Part shown: piece by piece, positions 19,964 to 29,774 of the stretch
Layout: every line of letters starts with the position of its first letter
Position numbering within the stretch: the stretch's first letter is position 1
NCBI GenBank assembly: GCA_944392255.1
Contig: CALXVY010000002.1
Location: 11,106 to 75,105, forward strand
DNA: 64,000 nucleotides
Source: an uncultured Alphaproteobacteria bacterium
GTDB taxonomy: Bacteria > Pseudomonadota > Alphaproteobacteria > RF32 > CAG-239
Direction of reading: 5' to 3'
Notes under the pieces: generated by a model
Seen by the model: the letters and a program-made list of their open reading frames with translations, nothing else
Told to the model about the DNA's origin: nothing
Database searches by the model: none
Position numbers and translations under genes: made by a program

Positions 19964-20007
19964 CGAAAAAAATTTTAGTGTACATCGAAGTACATGAATT
20001 TTTTGAG
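19964..20007. repeat. nested palindromic repeat, copy D
   Basis: CGAAAAAAATTTTAGTGTACATCGAAGTACATGAATTTTTTGAG. Confidence 0.5.
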
Positions 20008-20051
20008 ACTGAACAAAACCACTCTAGTTGCCCTATAAAAACGAATTTTTA

Positions 20052-22127
20052 TTATGCGTTTTTGGCCTTTACTTTATCAGCAATATCCTTCGGCACTTCA
20101 GCATAGTGATCAAACACCATGGTGAATTGTGCACGACCTTGAGACAAAGAACGCAATGTGTTAACGTAACCGAACATGTTAGCCAATGGAACTTGAGCAT
20201 CGATAACGCGAGCATTAGCACGTTGATCCATACCATTAACCATACCGCGGCGAGAGTTCAAGTCACCGATGATATCACCCATATATTCTTCCGGAGTAAC
20301 AACTTCAACTTTCATTACCGGTTCAAGAAGTTTCGGGTTAGCTTGACGCATACCTTCACGGAAGGCAGCACGAGCAGCAATTTCAAAACACATAACGTTA
20401 GAGTCAACTTCGTGATATGCACCATCATACAAGGTACATTTTACGCCGCTAACCGGATATCCGGCAATAACACCGGCATCCATAGCCGAACGCAAACCTT
20501 TTTCAACACCCGGGATGTATTCTTTTGGTACGTTACCGCCAACAACAGTATTTTCAAATTCAAAACCATTGTAACCTTCAATCGGTTCAAATTTGATTTT
20601 AACTTTAGCGAACTGACCAGCACCACCAGATTGTTTTTTGTGGGTGTATTCGATATCGCAAGGTTTGGTAAATGTTTCACGATAAGCAACTTGCGGCTCA
20701 CCGACATTGCATTCAACTTTGAATTCACGTTTCAAACGATCAACGATAATTTCGAGGTGCAATTCACCCATACCTTTGATGATGGTTTGACCAGAATCCG
20801 GATCAGAAGAAACTTTGAAAGACGGGTCTTCCATAGCCAAACGAGACAAAGCCAAGCCCATTTTTTCAACGTCAGCCTTAGTCTTCGGCTCAACAGCCAA
20901 TTCGATAACCGGATCAGGGAATTCCATGTTTTCCAAAACAATAGGTTTGCTTTGGTCGCACAAGGTATCACCTGTTGTGGTATCTTTCAACCCAGCCAAA
21001 GCGATAATATCGCCGGCATGAGCTTCTTTCAAATCTTCACGTTTGTTGGCATGCATCAACAACATACGACCAACGCGTTCTTTTTTATCTTTAACAGAGT
21101 TATAGATATAAGAACCGGCAGTCATTGTACCAGAATAAATACGGGTAAATGTCAAAGAACCAACGAACGGGTCGTTCATGATTTTGAATGCCAAAGCTGC
21201 AAGAGGTTGATCATCAGCAGGATGTCTTTCTTCTTCAATATCTGTACCAGGTTTAACACCTTTAATTGACGGAATATCGAGAGGAGAAGGCAAGTAGTCG
21301 ATAACAGCATCCAATAAAGGTTGAACACCTTTGTTTTTGAATGCAGTACCGCAAAGAACCGGAACGAAATCTTGAGCCAATGTACCTTTACGGATGCATT
21401 TTTTCAAAGTTTCAACGGAAATTTCTTTACCTTCGAGATAATCTTCCATTGCTTGTTCATCTTGTTCAACAGCAGTTTCAATCAAAGCGTGGTGATATTC
21501 TTCAGCTTTATCTTTCAAGTCAGCCGGAATATCTCTTTCTTCAATCGGAGAATCTGCAGTATCACCTGTGTAAACAATAGCTTTCATACGCAACAAATCG
21601 ACAACGCCTATGAAATCAGCTTCAGCACCGATTGGCAATTGTAAAGCCAACGGGCGAGCACCCAAGCGGTCGACAATCATATCCAAGCAACGATAGAAGT
21701 TGGCACCGATACGGTCCATTTTGTTGCAGAAACAAATACGAGGTACACCATATTTATCAGCTTGACGCCATACGGTTTCGGATTGAGGTTCAACACCGGC
21801 AACGGAGTCGAACACGGTGATAGCACCGTCCAAAACGCGCAAAGAACGTTCAACTTCAACGGTGAAGTCCACGTGGCCCGGAGTATCAATAATGTTTACT
21901 CTATGACCTTTCCAGAAGCAAGTAGTAGCAGCGGAGGTAATAGTAATACCACGCTCTTGTTCTTGTTCCATCCAGTCCATGGTAGCGGCACCTTCGTGGG
22001 TTTCACCGATTTTATGGTTCACACCTGTATAATATAGGATACGCTCAGTAGTCGTTGTTTTACCGGCATCAATGTGAGCCATGATACCGATGTTTCTGTA
22101 CATTTCAAGTTTATGTGTACGAGCCAT
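20052..22127 (-). CDS. fusA: elongation factor G
   Basis: 691 aa; [31 protein letters not shown]... Confidence 0.97.
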   Translation of the reverse strand: MARTHKLEMYRNIGIMAHIDAGKTTTTERILYYTGVNHKIGETHEGAATMDWMEQEQERGITITSAATTCFWKGHRVNIIDTPGHVDFTVEVERSLRVLDGAITVFDSVAGVEPQSETVWRQADKYGVPRICFCNKMDRIGANFYRCLDMIVDRLGARPLALQLPIGAEADFIGVVDLLRMKAIVYTGDTADSPIEERDIPADLKDKAEEYHHALIETAVEQDEQAMEDYLEGKEISVETLKKCIRKGTLAQDFVPVLCGTAFKNKGVQPLLDAVIDYLPSPLDIPSIKGVKPGTDIEEERHPADDQPLAALAFKIMNDPFVGSLTFTRIYSGTMTAGSYIYNSVKDKKERVGRMLLMHANKREDLKEAHAGDIIALAGLKDTTTGDTLCDQSKPIVLENMEFPDPVIELAVEPKTKADVEKMGLALSRLAMEDPSFKVSSDPDSGQTIIKGMGELHLEIIVDRLKREFKVECNVGEPQVAYRETFTKPCDIEYTHKKQSGGAGQFAKVKIKFEPIEGYNGFEFENTVVGGNVPKEYIPGVEKGLRSAMDAGVIAGYPVSGVKCTLYDGAYHEVDSNVMCFEIAARAAFREGMRQANPKLLEPVMKVEVVTPEEYMGDIIGDLNSRRGMVNGMDQRANARVIDAQVPLANMFGYVNTLRSLSQGRAQFTMVFDHYAEVPKDIADKVKAKNA

Positions 22128-22154
22128 GTTTTTTTCCCTATATTAAAGTTAGAA

Positions 22155-22628
<474 letters not shown>

Positions 22629-22637
22629 CTATTTCTC

Positions 22638-23009
22638 CTATTTAGGTCTCTTTGCGCCGTACAAAGAACGACGTTGACGACGTTTAGCAATACCTTGAGT
22701 ATCCAAAGTACCGCGGATGATATGATAACGAACACCAGGCAAGTCTTTAACGCGTCCGCCTTTAATCAGCACCACTGAGTGTTCTTGCAAGTTATGACCT
22801 TCACCAGGGATATAGCTGATTACTTCAAAGCCGTTTGTTAAACGTACGCGAGCCACTTTACGCAAAGCGGAGTTCGGTTTTTTCGGGGTAGTCGTGTAAA
22901 CCCTTGTACAAACACCGCGTTTTTGTGGGCAAGCTTTCAAAGCCGGAACTTTGTTTCTCTTGACTTTTGGTGTTCGTGATTTACGAATTAACTGATTAAT
23001 TGTAGGCAT
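22638..23009 (-). CDS. rpsL: 30S ribosomal protein S12
   Basis: start at internal ATG giving [12 protein letters not shown]... (123 aa); the ORF-track N-terminal extension is probably not translated. Confidence 0.95.
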   Translation of the reverse strand: MPTINQLIRKSRTPKVKRNKVPALKACPQKRGVCTRVYTTTPKKPNSALRKVARVRLTNGFEVISYIPGEGHNLQEHSVVLIKGGRVKDLPGVRYHIIRGTLDTQGIAKRRQRRSLYGAKRPK

Positions 23010-23078
23010 CACAATTTCCTTAAGTGTTATTAAAATTAAAACTAAACGCTCAATTTTCAAACAAGTAAAAGGACACAC

Positions 23079-23381
23079 CTGTGCCCTCTCTCTAAATTGA
23101 GTCTCGGCATAGTAGATTCAGATATCAAAATAGTCAACCCCTAAAATGCATTTTTTTATCATTTTGAGTCTATTTTTATAAGCAAGAGTCTAATTTATAT
23201 ATTAGCAATCGAGTTGCAAATTCCCTTCCTGACTCATTTTGAAACTTTTATTTACGATTTTTTAAGCATTTTCATTGAGTCTATTTTGAGTCTAAAATTT
23301 TATTAAAACGATAAAAAAAACTTGCCTTTAATAAAATTAGATAATACTCTCTGCCTAAATACAATATTATGGGGAAATAAA
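23079..23381. promoter_or_regulatory. divergent rpsL / kdsD promoter region with five GAGTC-containing TTGAGTCTAwwTT-like motifs
   Basis: AT-rich 300 bp; motif copies at 23087, 23164, 23186, 23274, 23287. Confidence 0.4.
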
Positions 23382-24350
23382 ATGAATATAGAAAATCCGG
23401 ATATTATTTCAGCCAAAAGAACCATCGACAAAGAAATTGAAGCTTTGCGCATGATGGAAGATGAATTAAGCGCCAATTTAACACAAGCTCTTGATTTGAT
23501 GCAAAATACCAAAGGCCGTGTTATTATTACCGGCATGGGAAAATCCGGACATGTCGGAAGCAAAATTGCCGCCACTCTCGCTTCAACCGGAACGCCATCA
23601 TTTTTTGTTCACCCCGGAGAAGCTAGCCATGGAGATTTAGGAATGCTCACCAATGACGATTGCGTTGTTGCCATTTCTAACAGCGGCGAGACCAAAGAAT
23701 TAAGCGATATTATTCTTTACTGCAAAAGATATGGCATTCCGCTTATCTCCATTACCAAAAACGCCAATAGTACTTTAGGTCAAGCCGGAGATATTTTGTT
23801 AAAACTTCCCGATGATGGCGAAGCTTGCCCATTAGGTTTGGCCCCAACCTCATCAACCACAGCCACCATTGTTTTGGGCGATATATTAGCTGTTCGTTTG
23901 CTGGAAAGAAAAGGTTTCACCAAAACCGATTTTAAACAACGCCATCCGGGTGGAAAACTTGGTTCATTCTTGAAAAAAGTTTCCGATTTGATGCACAAAG
24001 GTGAAGAAATGCCTATTGTCAATGAAGATACTCCTATGCAAGATGCTCTCCTCGTTATGACATCGAAAATGCTGGGTTGCGTAGGTGTTATAGATAAGAA
24101 TGGAAAACTCGTTGGAATTTTTACCGATGGCGATTTACGCCGTTGTTTAGGTCCTGATATTTTAACCAAAACTGCTAAAGATGTCATGACAACAAACCCC
24201 AAAACAATTTCGGCAGATGTTTTAGCTGTAGAAGCCTTGAACACCATGAACAACACCGGTAAAGGCATTACTCAACTATTTGTCATTCAAGATGAAAAAC
24301 CAATCGGTATTATCCATATGCATGATTGTTTAAGAGCCGGAGTAATGTAA
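23382..24350 (+). CDS. kdsD: arabinose-5-phosphate isomerase (KpsF/GutQ family, SIS + 2 CBS)
   Basis: ...GRVIITGMGKSGHVGSKIAATLASTGTPSFFVHPGEASHGDLG...; precedes lptC-lptA-lptB as in Rhizobiales. Confidence 0.85.
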   Translation: MNIENPDIISAKRTIDKEIEALRMMEDELSANLTQALDLMQNTKGRVIITGMGKSGHVGSKIAATLASTGTPSFFVHPGEASHGDLGMLTNDDCVVAISNSGETKELSDIILYCKRYGIPLISITKNANSTLGQAGDILLKLPDDGEACPLGLAPTSSTTATIVLGDILAVRLLERKGFTKTDFKQRHPGGKLGSFLKKVSDLMHKGEEMPIVNEDTPMQDALLVMTSKMLGCVGVIDKNGKLVGIFTDGDLRRCLGPDILTKTAKDVMTTNPKTISADVLAVEALNTMNNTGKGITQLFVIQDEKPIGIIHMHDCLRAGVM

Positions 24351-24351
24351 T

Positions 24352-25029
24352 TTGGTTGATATCAAAGAAATAGATTCTTTATTTGATGAAGAATCTCGAA
24401 AAAGAACAGAACAAAAGCAAATCTCAACTATAAGCAAGCATACAAGGCGTGTGCAATTGGCAAAATTAATTTTGCCGAGTTTTGCTGCTGTTCTTATCGC
24501 TTTGCTACTGATATTACCTTCTTTACAAAACAGCGGCAAAGAATTTTTGCTGGATGTTACTTTACCCAAAAAAGGAGAGTTAGAAAAACTCCATGTAGAA
24601 AAAACCGTGCTCAATATTACCGATAAAAAAAATCGCGTAAACAATTTTACCGCCGATAATATTGATGAAACAGAACCTGGTTCAAAACTTATCAAATTAA
24701 AAAATCCTGATGGTGTTATGCCGACAACAGATATTGAGTGGATTAATGTAAAATCTCCAACAGGTTTCTATAACCAAAATAAAAATACTTTAATCCTCAC
24801 GGATAATGTAGAAATTTACTATTCACTTGGTATGAGTGTTAATGTTTACGATATTTTATACGATTTCAAAACCAATATCGCCAAAAGCGACAATCCAGTT
24901 AAAGCACAAGGAGAAATCGGCGATTTAACTTCAGAAGCTTTTGAAATGAATACAGATACCGGAGTCATAACATTCAAAGGAAAAACCTTTATCAAATTAA
25001 GAGAAGAATCATTAAAAGGAATGGAATAA
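24352..25029 (+). CDS. lptC: LPS export system protein LptC (TTG start)
   Basis: 225 aa with an N-terminal membrane anchor (LILPSFAAVLIALLLILPSL); position between kdsD and lptA. Confidence 0.65.
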   Translation: MVDIKEIDSLFDEESRKRTEQKQISTISKHTRRVQLAKLILPSFAAVLIALLLILPSLQNSGKEFLLDVTLPKKGELEKLHVEKTVLNITDKKNRVNNFTADNIDETEPGSKLIKLKNPDGVMPTTDIEWINVKSPTGFYNQNKNTLILTDNVEIYYSLGMSVNVYDILYDFKTNIAKSDNPVKAQGEIGDLTSEAFEMNTDTGVITFKGKTFIKLREESLKGME

Positions 25030-25030
25030 A

Positions 25031-25801
25031 ATGCGCATATTAGCATATCTGTTTATTGCTTTACTAAGCGGAATAACCACATCACGAGCACAATATATCA
25101 CACTTGATGCTGATAAAGAAGTTGTTTGGGATTCAAAAGCGCAAAAAATGTCCGCAGTCGGCAATGCTGTTGCAACCAAAGGCGACATGACCGTCAAAGC
25201 CGCAAAAATGGAAGCTTATTATGCCAAAAATAATACCACCGGAAAAAATACCATTACTGAAGTGCATGCCTACAATAATGTCATCATGACCTCACCAAAA
25301 GCCAATGCTTATGGTGATACTTTAGATTATGATGTGGTAAAAGATGAGCTTGTTCTCAAAGGACAACCAGCCAAACTTAAAACCGAGAAAGAAGAAATTA
25401 CGGCCAAAGAAAATATTACTTATTACCCTTCTGTTCAAAAAGCAGTTGCCCTAGGCGATGTTGAAGCCACGGACAAAGACAATAACAAAATTTTTTCTCA
25501 AAAAATGATTGCTTTTTTCAAAAAAGATGAAAAAGGTGAAACCGTTATGGACAAAGTTGAGATTTATGATAACGTAAAAATAGTCACCAAAGATGCCACG
25601 GTAACTGCCGACAAAGGTTTATATCTGCCTAAAATTGCCGTCATTAAATTGTTTGATAACGTTTTAATCGACCAACAAGGCAATAAGCTAAAAGGAGACT
25701 TTGCCGAAACCAACTTAAACACCGGCAAAAGCAGAATTATCGCCGGCCAGACATCAAAAGGTCGAGTATCCGGTATTTTTAAAGAAAAGAAAAAAGATTA
25801 A
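25031..25801 (+). CDS. lptA: LPS transport periplasmic protein LptA (OstA-like)
   Basis: signal peptide MRILAYLFIALLSGITTSRAQ; repeated beta-jellyroll-like segments; position before lptB. Confidence 0.7.
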   Translation: MRILAYLFIALLSGITTSRAQYITLDADKEVVWDSKAQKMSAVGNAVATKGDMTVKAAKMEAYYAKNNTTGKNTITEVHAYNNVIMTSPKANAYGDTLDYDVVKDELVLKGQPAKLKTEKEEITAKENITYYPSVQKAVALGDVEATDKDNNKIFSQKMIAFFKKDEKGETVMDKVEIYDNVKIVTKDATVTADKGLYLPKIAVIKLFDNVLIDQQGNKLKGDFAETNLNTGKSRIIAGQTSKGRVSGIFKEKKKD

Positions 25802-25816
25802 TAAAAGGAAATATAA

Positions 25817-26563
25817 ATGAACACACCATCATCAGTTCCCGTTTCCAAATTAGAAGTATTTAATATTGGTAAAAAATATAAAAATCGACCGGTTTTGCGC
25901 AATGTATCCTTAAACATCAAAAGAGGAGAAGCTGTTGGCTTATTAGGTCCGAATGGTGCCGGAAAAACCACTTGCTTTTACTGTGTTACCGGCCTTATTA
26001 CACCTGATTACGGTGACGTTCACATTGATGGGCAGGATATAACTAATTTACCGATGTATCGTAGAGCGCGCATGGGTATCGGCTATTTGCCTCAAGAAGC
26101 ATCCATTTTTCGCTCTCTGAGTGTTGAAGATAATATAAAATCCATATTAGAAATTGTAATTGATGATGAGAGCCAACGAGAAAATATGTTGGAAGAATTG
26201 TTATCAGAATTTTCAATTGCGCATCTTAGAAAATCTCCGGCCATTGCCTTATCCGGTGGAGAAAGACGCCGTTTGGAAATAGCTCGTGCTTTAGCCAGCC
26301 AACCCCACTTTATCTTACTCGACGAGCCTCTTGCCGGTATTGACCCGATTGCCGTGGGAGAAATCCGCAATTTGGTTTCTCAATTAAAGCACCGCGGTCT
26401 AGGGGTTTTAATTACCGACCATAACGTTAGAGAAACGTTAGATATTACCGATCGAGCCTATATCTTACATGGCGGCACGGTATTAATGGAAGGCACCCCT
26501 GATGAAATTGTCAACAACGCGGAAGTAAGAAAAGTTTACCTCGGCGATAACTTCTCGATGTAA
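25817..26563 (+). CDS. lptB: LPS export ABC transporter ATP-binding protein
   Basis: Walker A GLLGPNGAGKTT, signature LSGGERRRLEIARAL, Walker B ILLDEP. Confidence 0.9.
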   Translation: MNTPSSVPVSKLEVFNIGKKYKNRPVLRNVSLNIKRGEAVGLLGPNGAGKTTCFYCVTGLITPDYGDVHIDGQDITNLPMYRRARMGIGYLPQEASIFRSLSVEDNIKSILEIVIDDESQRENMLEELLSEFSIAHLRKSPAIALSGGERRRLEIARALASQPHFILLDEPLAGIDPIAVGEIRNLVSQLKHRGLGVLITDHNVRETLDITDRAYILHGGTVLMEGTPDEIVNNAEVRKVYLGDNFSM

Positions 26564-26582
26564 TAAAATGGAGGGTTAATCA

Positions 26583-28064
26583 GTGGCGATTACACCCAAA
26601 CTGGAACTCAAACAATCGCAATCATTATTAATGACGCCGCAACTGCGCCAAGCCATTAATCTTTTGCAATTGTCCAATTTGGAACTGGGAGCCCTTGTTG
26701 AAGAAGAACTCATTGCCAACCCTCTTTTACAAAAAGAAGATTCAAACGCCGGTAATGATGCGGAAATACCGCAAACCATAGATGATTATGACACAAAAGA
26801 AACATCAAAAATTTCTGAAGAAGAATTTTGTAGCGACTTTGATTTATCTGACCGTTTTGATGATTTTGGTTCCGACAATGAAGGGTACAACAGCCTTGAA
26901 AATGATTATGATTGGAACATAAATAATCAAAGAAAATTACATCTTGATGATGACGATTTTGATTTTTTTGAAAAGAGATTAGCCCACAAACCCTCTTTAT
27001 ACGATTTTCTTGAAAAACAAATCGGCCTATCTTTCAAAAACAGAGCCCAACAACTAATTGCTCTGCGTTTATGCGAATATTTAGATGACGCCGGATATTT
27101 TAGAGGAGATATAAAACAAATTTCTCTCCAACTCAAAATTTCCGAAGTAAAAATAAACGAAATTCTAAAAGAATTAAAAAAATTGGAACCAAGCGGTATT
27201 TTTGCTCAAAATCTGGCTGAATGTCTACTTTTGCAAATTGAAGACCGCGGACTTCAAAACTCTGGTTTATTAACTCTGCTGCAACATTTACCTTTATTAG
27301 CGGAACGTCGCTTCAAAGAACTAAAAAAAATCTGCAATTGCAATGAAGAAGAATTGCAAGAATATATAAAAACAATAAAAAGTCTGAACCCTAAACCAAC
27401 AGCTGATTATAACTGCGAAACAACGAGTAATATCATTCCTGATGTCTTTGTCAAAAAAGATAAATACGGCATCTATCATGTTGAACTGAATAATGCATCA
27501 TTACCCAGACTTCTCATTAATCAACACTATTACAGCGAAATCAGTAAAAGCGACAAAGCCACAAAAAAATACCTAAAAGAAAATTTAAGCTCCGCTAACT
27601 TTTTAATCAAATCATTACACCAAAGAGCCGTTAGCATATTAAAAGTCAGCGAAGAAATCGTCAAATACCAATATGATTTTTTTGAAAAGGGAATAGAATA
27701 TATAAAACCCATGGCACTCCGAGATGTTGCCGAAAAAATTGAAATGCATGAAAGCACCGTCAGTCGTATCAGCAATGGAAAATATATGCACACACCTCTT
27801 GGCATATTTGAGCTCAAATACTTTTTCTCACAAGCTGCCGGTAGTTATATCGGAGATGAACAAACCTCAGTTTTGAGCATCAAACATAAACTCAAAAAAT
27901 GGATTGAAGAAGAAACTCCCGACCATATACTCTCTGACGAAGAATTATCAGAATTGTTTGCCAAAGAAGGAAAAAAGGTTGCACGCAGAACCATTGCCAA
28001 ATACAGAGAAGCATTAGGTATTGGTTCATCAGCACAAAGAAAGAGAGCAAAACGCAACCGCTGA
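26583..28064 (+). CDS. rpoN: RNA polymerase sigma-54 factor (GTG start)
   Basis: N-term ...LKQSQSLLMTPQLRQAINLLQLSNLEL... and C-terminal RpoN box ARRTIAKYREALGIG. Confidence 0.95.
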   Translation: MAITPKLELKQSQSLLMTPQLRQAINLLQLSNLELGALVEEELIANPLLQKEDSNAGNDAEIPQTIDDYDTKETSKISEEEFCSDFDLSDRFDDFGSDNEGYNSLENDYDWNINNQRKLHLDDDDFDFFEKRLAHKPSLYDFLEKQIGLSFKNRAQQLIALRLCEYLDDAGYFRGDIKQISLQLKISEVKINEILKELKKLEPSGIFAQNLAECLLLQIEDRGLQNSGLLTLLQHLPLLAERRFKELKKICNCNEEELQEYIKTIKSLNPKPTADYNCETTSNIIPDVFVKKDKYGIYHVELNNASLPRLLINQHYYSEISKSDKATKKYLKENLSSANFLIKSLHQRAVSILKVSEEIVKYQYDFFEKGIEYIKPMALRDVAEKIEMHESTVSRISNGKYMHTPLGIFELKYFFSQAAGSYIGDEQTSVLSIKHKLKKWIEEETPDHILSDEELSELFAKEGKKVARRTIAKYREALGIGSSAQRKRAKRNR

Positions 28065-28194
28065 TGAAATAAGTTTTTATTGACTTTTATCAAGATTGGG
28101 GTTAAGTACAAACTTACATTTGCTATTCTGCCAAAAAATAACTATATTAGATAGGTAGAGTATTTTTTTAATATATTTTGTAAGGATACAGATT

Positions 28195-28764
28195 ATGAAA
28201 ATTGAAATAACAGGAAAACAAGTTGACATTGGCGACAAACTTCACAAACATGTTGAAGATGGCGTAATGAATTCTGTCAACAAATATTTCAACGCACCTA
28301 TCAGTGCTACGGTAGCTTTTTCCAAAGAAGGAGAAGAATTCAAAGCCGAAGTAACAGTTCATCCTGCTAAAAACATCGTATTAAAAGGTACAAGTGAAAG
28401 CTGCGCTGATCCTTACTCTGCATTTGATTCTGCTAATCAGCACATTGCCACACGTTTACGTCGTCACAAAAACAAATTAAACGACCACAAAGGTAAAGCC
28501 GGTTTAGATGAAGCTGAAATTGCTAATCAAGCCATTTTCCCTTTGATTGAAACTGAAGAAGAAATGGACATCAATGAAGATGCTCCGATTACCATTGCAG
28601 AAACTGAAGCAAACATCCCTGTCTGCACAGTTAGCGAAGCAGTTATGCGCATGGATTTGGCAGATGAATGCGCCATCATGTTCAAAAATAGCGCTAACGG
28701 TCATATCAGCATGGTATATCGTCGCAAAGATGGTAATATTGGCTGGGTAGAACCCAAAGCTTAA
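28195..28764 (+). CDS. hpf: ribosome hibernation promoting factor (long form)
   Basis: MKIEITGKQVDIGDKLHKHVEDGV...; follows rpoN. Confidence 0.9.
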   Translation: MKIEITGKQVDIGDKLHKHVEDGVMNSVNKYFNAPISATVAFSKEGEEFKAEVTVHPAKNIVLKGTSESCADPYSAFDSANQHIATRLRRHKNKLNDHKGKAGLDEAEIANQAIFPLIETEEEMDINEDAPITIAETEANIPVCTVSEAVMRMDLADECAIMFKNSANGHISMVYRRKDGNIGWVEPKA

Positions 28765-28788
28765 TCTGGTATTAATAAAAAGGCTTAA

Positions 28789-29241
28789 ATGATGAAACTT
28801 TCAGAAATAATGTCTGAGAAAAGTATTGTATTGGGATTAAAATCCAACAGCAAAAGACAACTTTTACAAGACTTAGCCGCTAAGGCTGCAGAAATAACCG
28901 GTTTAAACGAACGCACAATTTTTGATGCCATTATGGAAAGAGAAAATTTGGGCTCAACTGGTTTTGGAGAAGGAACGGCATTACCACATGGTCGTTTTGA
29001 AGGATTGGAAAAAGTATATGGCTTTTTTGCAAAACTAAACTCACCTGTTGATTTTGAAGCAATAGACGGGAAACCTGTGGATTTAATTTTTATGCTGCTT
29101 TCTCCGGAAGGAAACGGAGCCGACCATTTGACAGCATTGGCTCAAGCTTCCAGATTCCTAAAAGATGAATCAACACGTCAAAAGCTTCGTCAAATTTCCT
29201 CAATTCAGGAAATTTATGCCCTTTTGAATAATAATGATTAA
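28789..29241 (+). CDS. ptsN: PTS IIA-Ntr nitrogen regulatory protein
   Basis: ...GSTGFGEGTALPHGRFEGL... with active-site His; rpoN-hpf-ptsN context. Confidence 0.9.
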   Translation: MMKLSEIMSEKSIVLGLKSNSKRQLLQDLAAKAAEITGLNERTIFDAIMERENLGSTGFGEGTALPHGRFEGLEKVYGFFAKLNSPVDFEAIDGKPVDLIFMLLSPEGNGADHLTALAQASRFLKDESTRQKLRQISSIQEIYALLNNND

Positions 29242-29259
29242 TCACAACCCAATAGATAT

Positions 29260-29375
29260 CCCCCAGTAAACTGGGGGTTCTATAACAGCTACAAACCTTA
29301 CGGTTTGACCACGCTCGTTGGCGTGGAGCGGTGTTGTTCCAACACCTCGGCATTCAGCCCCGAGTAAACTCGGGG
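29260..29375 (+). ncRNA. candidate structured RNA / 3'-UTR element: five consecutive GC-rich hairpins
   Basis: CCCCCAGTAAACTGGGGG (29260-77), CAAACCTTACGGTTTG (29292-307), CCACGCTCGTTGGCGTGG (29309-26), GGTGTTGTTCCAACACC (29330-46), CCCCGAGTAAACTCGGGG (29358-75); first and last share the loop AGTAAACT. Confidence 0.3.
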
Positions 29376-29400
29376 TTTTCTGTAAGGCAACTAATAAAAA

Positions 29401-29432
29401 AAGCACTTTCTTTCAGGAAGTGCTTTTTTTAT
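29401..29432. terminator. bidirectional intrinsic terminator
   Basis: AAGCACTTTCTTTCAGGAAGTGCTT with an A-run upstream and TTTTTTT downstream; between ptsN and the convergent small gene. Confidence 0.6.
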
Positions 29433-29460
29433 ATGATTTACGAGATTATATAATCCAGAT

Positions 29461-29685
29461 TTATTGAATAAGCTGCGGCTTTAAATCATTTTGCTTAGCG
29501 ACAATAAAAGCAAATTCTCTATCATCTGTAACGGCAATTTTCTCTCCGTCAGCAGCATAAATAGACCACATTTCTTTTCCATTTTCCATAGCAGGCTTAA
29601 TAAAAGCCACATTTTCGTCATTCCAAAAGCTTAATTCGCTTAAGATTGCTTCATCAACATTCTCAACCAACTTTTTCATATCCAC
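29461..29685 (-). CDS. small conserved hypothetical protein (74 aa; DUF1150-like, tentative)
   Basis: ...WSIYAADGEKIAVTDDREFAFIVAKQNDL... resembles a small alphaproteobacterial family; assignment is from memory and not verified. Confidence 0.35.
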   Translation of the reverse strand: MDMKKLVENVDEAILSELSFWNDENVAFIKPAMENGKEMWSIYAADGEKIAVTDDREFAFIVAKQNDLKPQLIQ

Positions 29686-29774
29686 CTCTATTCCAAAACA
29701 TTACCATCATACAGATACTTTATTAAATTTTAACTAAAATTTGTTTTATAATAAAAGAAAAAGGAATATTGAAA

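Noticed and set aside
29090-29353. 87-aa minus-strand ORF overlapping the ptsN 3' end and the hairpin array
   Set aside because: Overlaps the ptsN coding sequence in antisense and the multi-hairpin region. Structure, not coding, explains the sequence.
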